Assembly: GCA_000934665.2 (NCBI GenBank)
Contig: KZ538765.1
Span: 1 to 49,250 of the forward strand
Origin: Catajapyx aquilonaris
Taxonomy: Eukaryota
Direction: 5' to 3'
Length of the DNA stretch: 49,250 nt
This document shows, piece after piece, positions 10,651 to 21,106 of this stretch (the first letter of the stretch is position 1; every line of letters starts with the position of its first letter). Position numbers and translations under genes: made by a program. Under the pieces are notes generated by a model that made no database searches, was not told the origin of the DNA, and was given only the letters and a program-made list of their open reading frames with translations.

Positions 10651-12477
10651 AGTATTCTAAGACCATGTGTCATCCTAGCACACTTGTCACCCTGCTCAAT
10701 ATGGATATGATCTGGCCACCCTGATCAGTAATCTGGCCAACCTGTTTAGTATAGTCTGGCCAACCTGATAAATATGATATGAACTGCCCATCCTGATTAG
10801 CAATTTGGTCACCGTGATTAGCAACCTGGCCAGTCACCTGTCCACCGTGATCAGTGATCTGGCCACCCTGCGCAATATGGTGATATGCTGGCCACACTGT
10901 TCAATATGACTGACTTGTAAGGCATAGCAAGGATGGAGCAAAATAATAATAATAAAAAAACTCGAGGAATAATGACAGTAATTAGACATGCACGTCAGAC
11001 ATCCGTAGCCGGTTTCTGATGATAAAACGTTCATTATAGCGAGTAGCAAAACGAGTCAATCAATCGGCGCAAAAATTATGCCAATAAACTAGCGTCTCAT
11101 TTGTACGCGGCTTTTTTAACAATCGGTGGGGGTCGTAATTGGCAAGTGGCGGCCCTGATTGGCCACTAATGGCTGAATTAACCTGTCCCGAGAATAAGAT
11201 TATTCGTTCTTGATTGCTTATTAGATACTTCAAGTCTTCAACACATGGTTTTTGATTGGCCCAGCGACGGTTCAATGTCATATTTAAAAACTACATCTAT
11301 GAATGACATTTTCCATGATCGGATATTGGCTAGAGAATCACGTGACCCAAAATGGCGTCCACAAAACCCACGTGCATTTCCCCCCCTCTAAACAAACTGC
11401 TCTTCTGAGAAAACCCCCTTGAAGGAAAAGGACACCCGAGGGCAGTTTACGTTTCGGTGGTCGGCACTGAAAGCCAGCAAAGCACATGGCCCCCTCTGGC
11501 CCAACTCTGTCCTCACCATCCAAGGGCGCACACCCCAAAAAATATCCCCCCTTTTTTTTGGAGTTCTACCTGAAATCGCCTATTGGCCCCCTAGAAAAAA
11601 AATGGCCCGAGGTCACATTGCGCCATAGCGGATATGGTTTGCCGTCTCAAGTAGGTCAGCGGCCCATCCTTTTTTCCCAGCCTGCCCAACGACCTAGGAT
11701 TTTAACCCCGGCAGGAAAGGTTCTTAACCTAAGATTTTCACTGCAAGATGGCCGACGGACTCAAAATGGATGCGGGTGGGGGTCAAGGTTATGAACTATG
11801 ACCCACGGTTGACCTTTGACCCGAATTGGGGTGGTGCTTAATCAGCACCATCTAAGGGGGGGTTGGCCCAACCTGCCTTATTCAATCTTTTAGAATAATA
11901 ATGTATGATCTACATGATAAAGGCTCATAAATATTGAATCAATATCAGGTCCCGCTCTTAATTGGTTTCTCCCGCTTTTCAAGAGCCGGCGTCCTCTGGT
12001 AGCCAACATGTGACGTCACTAGTGACCTTAGGGCATAAGTGAAGTACCGCGAAGTACATATGGCAACATTGCTTGTACCTCTCCCCCTCAGGTGGGGATG
12101 AAGAGGACAAAAGCGACTCTTCAAGATGGGCTTTTCCAGAAGCTCTCAAATGTCCAGGGGGTGCTATTTGCAGAGGTTCGGCCTATTTTTAGGAGGGAGG
12201 GAGGGAGGAGGGGGTGGTTTTTGAAGAAGGGACTAAGAAAGACCCTCCAGGTTTTTCCAACAAAGGCTAGGGCCATTTTACGAGAAAATGTCTTACTTTG
12301 AAACACTTCAAAGATGTTGGCCTTTGGGGCAGCTAATTTATTTCCAATCCCTGCCTTTTTTGTGTGAACAATGACCAAAGTGGGGAGGGTTTTGAAGTCG
12401 GCAGGTAGCAGTGTTATTGTTACGCTAGTTTATATAGCAAGAGTCGAGTGACCTTTGCGTTTGCCGCCACTATTCAC

Positions 12478-12620
12478 ACTATTGCCCTAAAACCGCTTTC
12501 AACAATGCTATTATTTATTAGGCGAATGGTTGGAATTTTTGGTGACTATCAGTGACCAAAAATTCCAGCCATTCGCCTAATAAATAATAGCATTGTTGAA
12601 AGCGGTTTTAGGGCAATAGT
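12478..12620. repeat. Near-perfect palindrome (~70-bp arms), probable MITE
   Basis: ACTATTGCCCTAAAACCGCTTTCAACAATGCTATTATTTATTAGGCGAATGG... pairs with ...CCATTCGCCTAATAAATAATAGCATTGTTGAAAGCGGTTTTAGGGCAATAGT. Confidence 0.85.
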
Positions 12621-14199
12621 TACTGCTAAGTTAGCAGTGTTGTCAGTGCTTAGCAGTAACTAGCAGTGGGACGAAAATTCCACCCAATGTAATTAATATT
12701 AGTGGGACGAATCAGCTATCAGCAACCACTCCCAAGTGTCAACATTACATACAGCATATCTTGAGAACAGCCATAGGCGCATTCACTATCACCCTGTACA
12801 ATCGTGCATAAAATAATCCTTTAACAAATTAGAAAAACACCCTACTACCATTTAACTGATGACTAGGCCAGATACAAACATGTTGATTGTGCGATGCTGC
12901 CACAAACATGCAATCCTGACAGTGCCAATTTTCCATCGATAGTTTAATTGCCCTCTTCCAATCAATCCACCACCTTTACATTTAAAAAAAACACACACAC
13001 ACCCCACCTTTCTTTTTAAGTAAAAAAAAAAAGGTCCTTCAAGAAAAATTCCTCAGCTACATTTGCGTGTAGCTCTCCGAAATATCTTATTCATTTCGCC
13101 CGTTAGTTAGGCGTCCCATTCGTGTCAAATTAGTCCCTGAAAACAAATTTCCCGGAGACATAATCACCGCCATTGCATACCAAAATTTCCCACAGCCCCC
13201 TAGCCATAATTGCCTAGGTGCTGNNNCCCCCCCCCCCCCCCCATTCTCTCGAAACAGTCCGGACTCGTCTCGTATGTAGGCTACATACTCGTACGGTTCG
13301 GACCAACTCGACCAACCGGCCCTTAGATAACACGGCAGCCTTGCCATCAGGCACCAATTTGCTGGGAATGGACGTGTGTCATGTTGCGCTCGCTGCTTTC
13401 CCCTCGACATTCCGGCCCCTCAGGCCATACCGCGGAGGTTGGTAGCTACCTACCACATCCAAACGACAATAAGACTTTCAACAAACCCATGTGCCGATTT
13501 TTTCTATAAATTAAATTTGGTAAAAAAAATATATTAACTAGGGTTGTTTAAACGCGCGGATAAGTGTCTCTGAATAGCCTATTTTGGCGGGAATGGTCAG
13601 CGTGGCAACCATGCTTTCTGCTTACCTTTCTGAGGGGACGTCGAGGACCCCGGGCGACGTGGTCTGCGTCCCCAGAGCAGGGGGGCTGGGAGGGGGGGCA
13701 TCTCCCGTAAAAATAATTATTCTCTGTGGCCCCCCTGTAGTTGACACCTCCAGCACCACTCGCGACACTACTAGTCCAATGAGGCGCTAATATTCGACGC
13801 CGGGTGTTATAATAATATATAAAGTAGGGCGGAGGGTCGGCAAAGTGTGTGCTGACTCCACGATCTGCCAGGCCCGTGTGAGCCAGCTAGTCCCCCCACA
13901 GCTTGGGCTATCTTCCTGCCCCGGGGCGCTTTTTGCCCAGGTGAAAGCGGGGGGGTTGGGTGGGCTGGCTGGCTGGCTGGTTGCACGCATCACTGTCCCC
14001 CCTCCTCACCTACCACCACAGCTCCCCTGACCACATTCTCCCCCAACTAACCCCAGGCTTCACCCAATAGGGAGGCTGACACGCACTGCGCAGGCGTATG
14101 TCCAGGACCGGACAAGGACTGGACACCCCTGCAACTACACCACATATTGCCAATTTCCACTCGTCTCATATGTGTAACTCAGTGATAATTGGACATGAT

Positions 14200-14906
14200 T
14201 AAAAGGGTCGGGAAAATGTAGTGAAAGTAGCTTATATATAAAAGAGCCAATTAACTTTTAGTCACACTGCTAACTTAGCAGTAACTAGTAGTGGGACTAA
14301 GCAGTACGGTACCGGTAACTAAGCTAATATTAAAATAAATAATTGGACATAGGTTCGGGAAAATGCAGTGAAAGTAGCTAATATTTAAAATAGCCAATTA
14401 ACGTTTAGTCCCTCTGCTACAAGCTCTGCTAACGTAGCAGTAACTAATAGAGGGACTAAGCAGTAACTAAGCTAATATTAAAATAAACGGCCAATTAACT
14501 TTGTTAGCAGTAAACTAGTCGTGGCACTAGGAAGTAATTAATACAGTATTAAAATAAATAGCCAATTAACTTTAGTCCAACTGCTAACTTAGCAGTAACT
14601 AGTAGTGGGACTAAGAAGTACCCGTAACTAAGATAATATTAAAATAAACAGTCAATTAACTGTGTTAGCAGTACGTAGTCGTGGCACTACGAGTAACTAA
14701 TATTAAAATAAATAGCCAGTTGCCAACTGCTAACTTAGCAGTAACTAGTAGTGGGACTTAGTAACTAAGCTGCATTAAAATAAACAGCCAATTAACTTAG
14801 TAAGCAGTAACTAGTCGTGGCACTAAGTAGTAATTAATATTAAAATAGTCAATTAACTTTTCGTGCTACTGGTAGTTACTGCTAACTTAGGAGTAGCTAG
14901 TAGTGG
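14200..14906. repeat. Minisatellite-like array (CTGCTAACTTAGCAGTAACTAGTAGTGGGACTAAG...AATATTAAAATAAA..GCCAATTAACTTT); fragments also at 12619-12710 and 31670-31695
   Basis: Repeated units read directly, with dispersed copies elsewhere in the window. Confidence 0.8.
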
Positions 14907-15787
14907 AAAATCCGACTGCAGGTTACTAACTGATTAATTTCAAACAATTGGTAAGTGTGAAACTTGCTGATTGCGTAAGTGGTAATGGACAAGTTTTTTT
15001 TGCGTGTCAATCACGAAACTTAGCAGCTACTTAAATCATAGGCTTCAAGAAATTTCAACTGATAAACCGCTTAATTCCGGTTGCATGATCGGGAGTAAAA
15101 ATTTGATTCCTTGTTATTGCCTGAGCCTATTACCACACGGGTTTAATGACAAGGTTCAAAACCAGCTGTTTTTCATTTACAGACCCAATCATGCACCCTG
15201 GCCGGGTATTAATGGTCGAAAAACCAATTTAACAATAAGGCCAACAATATCAATTGCGTAATGTTGTAAAAAAAAGTGCGTTACGCCCATTGGAGAGGAC
15301 TAGTTGCATGCAAAGGAAAATGTGCTATTGTGGTTTTCATACCGAATTGTATCACATACAACAAAAAAAAGGTTAGATAAGTTTGGCATGTAATTGGGAA
15401 GGAAATGGCAGTAAATTTGAGATAATTGTACAGCATTAGAAGAGGGGTTGAGAGCTATAAATGTAGTTCCTGGAAAACGTTGCACTGAGAAGGATGTGTA
15501 ATTACTTTATTCACCTGTAATCAGAGCTTGCTCCGGCAGGGAAACGGCCTGCCTGTGCACGAGGGCCTTTTGCGTGGATTTACACTGAAAATTCATGTCA
15601 TGGGAAAACATTTTCTCCCTCCTTTTCAGTGGGCTGTCCAAAGGGGCTGGAATTGGTGTCGTAAGCGGCTTAGGAAATCCCGAGTTCGACCCCCGCACCG
15701 GATTTTCTCAAATCTCAAGGGTTTCTCCAGGTTTTCATTATTGGAAAATTGTGCAATGCCTTTAATTATAATACTATTATAATAATA

Positions 15788-15930
15788 CAGTTGATTCCGG
15801 ATATAACAGACTTCAAAGGACCGCGAAAATATGTCTGTTATAGACGAATACACAAACAATATAAAATATGCCGGGACCGCCCTTTCGAGTCTGTTATAAC
15901 CGAAAAGTCTGTTATATCCTGATTCAACTG
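15788..15930. mobile_element. Tc1/mariner (pogo/Tigger-like) MITE
   Basis: TA-CAGTTGATTCCGGATATAACAGACTT ... AAGTCTGTTATATCCTGATTCAACTG-TA. A related right end lies at 42095-42161. Confidence 0.75.
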
Positions 15931-15931
15931 T

Positions 15932-15952
15932 AACAACAACAACAACAACAAC

Positions 15953-16016
<64 letters not shown>

Positions 16017-16299
16017 ATCAGAGCTTTTAAAATAATTTCTCAAATTGTCACCATCATTATTAGTACGGTATTATGATGATGATGATAAATTGAGAAATTC
16101 TTTTAAAAGCTGATTGCCGTTGTTGTTGTTATTATTATAAATTGAGAAATTATTTTGTTTGTAGGTTTATTTTCACAAGTTTTAATTGAGTTCATGTTAG
16201 GTTAGCTTGCGTCTCCCTTCATCGCTGACTACCCCTTATAGGGAAATGTCTTGATGGTGATGATGATGATGATGATAAATTATTCTAAAAGCTGATTGC

Positions 16300-16347
<48 letters not shown>
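15932..16347. repeat. Compound microsatellites (AAC)n(TAG)n, (GAT)n, (ATT)n
   Basis: Read directly. Confidence 0.9.
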
Positions 16348-16348
<1 letters not shown>

Positions 16349-17175
16349 GAAATATCCATATGTTGAGCAACATTTCGGGAAGGACTAATAACATTTCCCG
16401 TATAATCAACACAAGAACCTGATAAACAGCATGGATCTGGCAACCCTGCGGAATTGCGCATGCGCGGTGGTTATATCGCCTGCGCAGTGCTTCTTGCGCA
16501 CCCATGGTCCAAAAGGGGTCCAGCCAGAGCCAGAGCCGAAATGTGGCCGCAGCTTCCCACCCCCTGGCCTTTTAACCCCGTCAATGGTCGTTTGTGGAAG
16601 AGGAAGGCGCTGTCATTGTGATCCTCGACCATCATAACTGGCCCTCAACAATTTCGTCCCCCCCAAACAAGCGGAAGAGAAGCTGCGTTGCCCCTTCTCT
16701 AACCACCACACACATGTCACCGCACCTATCCGGTTGTCAGTCTGTGCCCAGCATGCGCAATGTCAGCCCCCCCGGAAACGGACGTATTGTTGCGGTCAGG
16801 AAGCTGTGGTCATCCGCCGCTTGAGGGAGGTCAACAGGGTTTGCCTGCACTCAAGCGACTGACCCCAACCGGCGCCCCCCACACACGTGTGCAGGCTACC
16901 CCCTGCCGAGCAGAAGAAGCATCGCAGGGATTCTAGGAATTGGATGCTGCGCAGATCAGTTTTTGTTGTTGTATTATTATTATTTCAGAGTCCGGCCATG
17001 TGGGGGAGGTGCCGTTGGGGATTTTTTTGAAGATGATGGGCGAGATGAAGAAGGCCTGGCCTCGGCTGCTGTGCCCGGGGCGGCCCCGCGAACACCTGCG
17101 TCCACCTGGGCCCAACGGAGAGTTGAAAAAGGAGGGAGATGGTGTGGTGGAGGACACCCTGGGGCCGTCCACCTG

Positions 17176-17233
17176 CTTCTTCTTCTTCTTCTTCTTCTTC
17201 TTCTTCTTCTTCTTCTTCTTCTTCTTCTTCTTC
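17176..17233. repeat. (CTT)n microsatellite
   Basis: Read directly. It explains the poly-K/F/L/E ORFs here. Confidence 0.95.
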
Positions 17234-20200
17234 TCTACAACCACCACGAACCATGTTGCCGTCTCTTCAACCAGAGGCATTTGACCGGTACCCCAAATTA
17301 GCCATCTAAAGGTCACCACCTTTCCTAATTGCCTAACAATGACGCGATCGCATATGACATCAGCCTCTATTCTAAAGGGCTTTTCTGACCACTGATGCTG
17401 CGGTCCAGGTAAATCACCATGGAATTTCGGTGAAGGCGGCAATTAGCAGGTGTGAGCAGGTGTCAAAAGGCCGAGGTGGCACTTCTTCCGTGGACGTGGC
17501 CCATTCGCGCAACGGGGAATGACGTCACTTGGTGCAGCATATCTCCCCATAATTTTTCCCAAGGCGCCGTGTTGCCGAGTTTTGGGACACACTCCGGCCG
17601 ATGGGGGTTGGATCATGTTGTTGGCTACCGGAATGTAATAGATTCACAGGTGCAAGGTAATAAATTTTGAATCAAACCGCACTTATTCAAGGAATCAGGC
17701 GTCGTAAATTAACAGGAGGGAGCTCCGCCAGTTGTACGAAAGCAAATTAGGAGAGAATTTCAAATTAGACGGAACCTTCATAATTCATTGAAACCACTGG
17801 CCCTTACATACGTGTATATCGAGCTAACTTGTTTGATTTTTGACTCCCAACAACTTGCTAGTTTGAGCCTTCAATTAATTTTGCCAATAATTAGGAGCCT
17901 GGAATTTATCTACATTTGAAATGATATTTATTTACTTTACTTATTATTATTATGATGAGAAACAGTGGATTATGATGCTGTCTTCAATCTGCAGTATTGT
18001 TGACATGATGTGTATTCTTCCAGCAGTGTTAAGAATTACCAATAATTTTGCATGATTTTCTTGTCAGTTTGAGTAGTTCCCACACTTTACCGTAAGAGTC
18101 ACTCCTTTTGAGCTAAATTAATTTTTTTCAAATATATCATCAGACCAAAAAATCATTCAAATAATATTGAATGTGTTAATGGACAGTTTGACACTTTCAA
18201 GACAGAAAAAGTTGTAACAATGTAATGTAGGACTTTAATCACCCACACTATTAAATCCAAAATGTGGATCCTATATAATTTGTGGAAAATTTTTCCCCGT
18301 CTCCTTCACGTTGCGTTATTGAACCGGTTTCAAGAGCAGTTACTCCTAATTTGGTGACATTTCAGCTGGGCAAATAGTACCGCTCGAAAAATGCAAAATT
18401 AGCCCAAAGTGACCAAACTCTCCTTTGAAATGATTCCAACTTTTCTAAATAACAGTTTCACACTGGCCTTCGATATTGACACACGATATGGTGTTATGAT
18501 GGCGGATGCTGAGGTTTTTCAGAGTTTTCCACGAAATGGTGGTGCGGGCAAAGCAGGATCCGGCCTAGAATCGTTTCGCCACGACTTCTCTTCTACGAGG
18601 ATTGAGTAATGTTGACAGTTCCTCTCTTTGCCCCGGGTAGGTTTGTTTTTATCTCGGTAAGGCGTTTTCCACACCGCATGTTTACGACACTACACCAAAA
18701 ACAATCGCTCTCAACTTGGCCTAACTGGCGACTTGCATTTTTCCTCCTACACCGTATAGCGATTCTTAGAATTGTGCTCAGAAAATGGTGACGTAACGGG
18801 TATGGCTCGTGTGACATTTGGATTCCTGTCGGTCGACGTTTTACAGGCTTTCTCCACCGTGACTCTGATGGGAGGTGGTAAATAGTCACAACGAAGTGTT
18901 CGGAAAAGATATAACTACAACGGAGAAGACACCCCCCAAAAAAATGTGCTGCCATAAAAATGGTGTAAACTTTTTTTTCTGTGTGCAAATTATATTCCCA
19001 CCACGCATTTATTTTACCGTATTGTGTTGGAAATGGCGGTGACGACATCGGCTAAGGGGACGTTGGTCAACTTCACCTATCGCCATTAGTTTTTTTTGGC
19101 TAGTACTGGTAAGATAAATCATGCAAGTTGGGGAGAAACTTCCACTCATATACAAGACATGCACGAACAGCATGTACCAACTCTAATTAATATTACGACA
19201 ATTTCTTCTGCAATGCCCATATATATTCTAATATAATATAGCAAATATTTCTTCAAATGGAGGTGTTTCGACCTATTGTTGCTGGAATTTTCCTTCTGTC
19301 TTTTGCATAAATTCCAGCACTTTTCCTGGTTCTGACTTATCCGCTTTCTCTCCCAGGTTTTTCCCTCAATGTTTACCTGATCTCTCCATCCCCCCCTCAC
19401 GCGATAACTTCGGGTTTACTACGTGTTGTAACCCCCTCACCCATCGATTGATTCAGGTGAGAAAAAGGCACGATGATGATGATGATGATGGTGCAGGTGG
19501 GCCCCATCACCTTGGCCGCTTCCCGATATGCGCATGAAGAGTTTGTAAGATAAAAAAAGGCGCAGGCATTGTGATGGAAATGAACAACCTCACCACCACC
19601 ACCACCACCACCACCACTACCACCTCACCTGCCCCTTGAGGTCAGCTCACACCTGAGCTTTCCTCCGCCATCAGGAGACTGCTTGGCGCGGCCTATTGCC
19701 TGTTGCCACTTTTCCTGTCATTTTTTTTATACATACTCTCTTCCTCCTTCAACATCCTTATCAAAACGCAATAGTAATTGCATATGACGAGTATGGTCTT
19801 CATTAGCTACGTTTGCACTTTTTTTTTGTTGAAAATGGGCGTGTATGGACCGATATGCCGGTTTTCGCTGAATGGGGATTTCAGAGCGAGCAATTATTTT
19901 TTTCGTGCCTGCAATAAAATGCATGTTAATAGTTCATAACAGCGCGGGGGCCCAAACACAGTTCGAACAGGTTTTACAAGTTGGGTCGGATTATTTATAA
20001 GCTGGCTCTGGAATTTTGGTGTAAAAACAAGGCTTTTGTGAAAGGGAGAAAACCGCAGTAGCCGATTGTTTGGGCAGGTGCTAATTACGCCGGGTTGTTG
20101 AGCGGATTTTTATTTTTTATTTTTTTAAAGTCGCGTACGTGTGAACATGATGCCCGTCGTCCTTCACGACAACTTTGTGCGATGTGGCCCACCACCAAGA

Positions 20201-20332
20201 GTGTCAGACGTGATTTGGCTACTATTTTTTGTGTGTATTTCCAACGCCATTAGTATATACTAGAAACAACCGACTAGAGAGATCCTCAACAATAGGAACT
20301 TGCATGTCCTTAGTTCAAAACTCAACAATGAA

Positions 20333-20453
20333 GGCCTGTTTCCAAACGAGCAGATTTTTTACGCAAAATCGAGCTGTGACAGCAGCTCCCTTCCAGCTGT
20401 CGCAAAGAAGCTGTCACAGCTTTTGCGCATAAAAGCTGCTTTGAGAACATGCC
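20333..20453. mobile_element. Small palindromic MITE family, copy 1 (copy 2 at 44801-44895)
   Basis: Both copies share TTCCAAA...GAGCTGTGACAGC...AGCTGTCACAGC...TAAAAGCTGC. Confidence 0.6.
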
Positions 20454-20456
20454 TTT

Positions 20457-21106
20457 ACTCTCTAAAAAATTTCGAGTGAAAATTTCACACACAAAAGACG
20501 CTCTTTTTGAATGAATTTCGCTTCGCAAATATCGATTGGAAAATTACTCGAAATAAGAGTGAAAATGACTGGAAGACTACTTTTTCAGTGAGTGAAACCC
20601 ATTTCACTCAATTTGAGTGGTATTTCGCTCGAATATCATTAGCCATTTCGGTCAAATTGAGCTGAAATCCACTCAATTTCAGTGAAATTATCGCTCAGTT
20701 TGAGTGAAAATATTTCACTCAAGTGATCGAGTGATTTCCACTCAAAAAAGTGGGAGTAAACTTAAGTGAAAATGATTGGAAGACCTTCAGTTTAGTGAGT
20801 GAAACCCATTTCACCGCTCAATTTGAGTAATATTTCGTTCGAATATGATTCGCCAATTCGCTCAAATAGAGCTGAAAATCCACTCAATTTCAGTGAAATT
20901 ATTTCACTGAAATTGAGTGGATTTGCAGCTCGATTTGAGCGAAATGGCGAATCATATTCGAACGAAATACTACTCAAATCGCTAAGTTTAGTTAAAATAT
21001 TTCACTCAAGTGATCAAGGGATTTCCACTCAAAAAAGAGTGCGAGTCAAATCAAGTATAGGAGAGTGAAAATCGTTCAGAGTTGAAAAACCCACGTTTTT
21101 AGAGTG
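20457..21106. mobile_element. Non-autonomous DNA transposon with an internal tandem duplication and a ~75-bp-arm hairpin
   Basis: Ends are ..CTCTAAAAA and TTTTTAGAGTG. The duplicated unit is 20557-20760 vs 20764-21046, and the hairpin spans 20821-20979. Confidence 0.65.

Larger units (their letters stand above)
9778..10906. repeat. Tandem repeat array (TCTGGCCACCCTG...CAATATGGTGATATGA units), interrupted by a MITE and a SINE
   Basis: Units at 9778-10095 and 10680-10906. Confidence 0.8.

Noticed and set aside
13653..13666. Second Smad/Schnurri silencer (GGCGAC-GTG-GTCTG)
   Set aside because: The spacer is 3 nt rather than the required 5.
15630..15737. Degenerate tRNA-SINE head (GAGTTCGACCCC B-box-like)
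   Set aside because: No clear A box, cloverleaf or TSD; too weak to call.
16933..17442. Poly-K/F/L/E ORFs
   Set aside because: They are products of the (CTT)n microsatellite.
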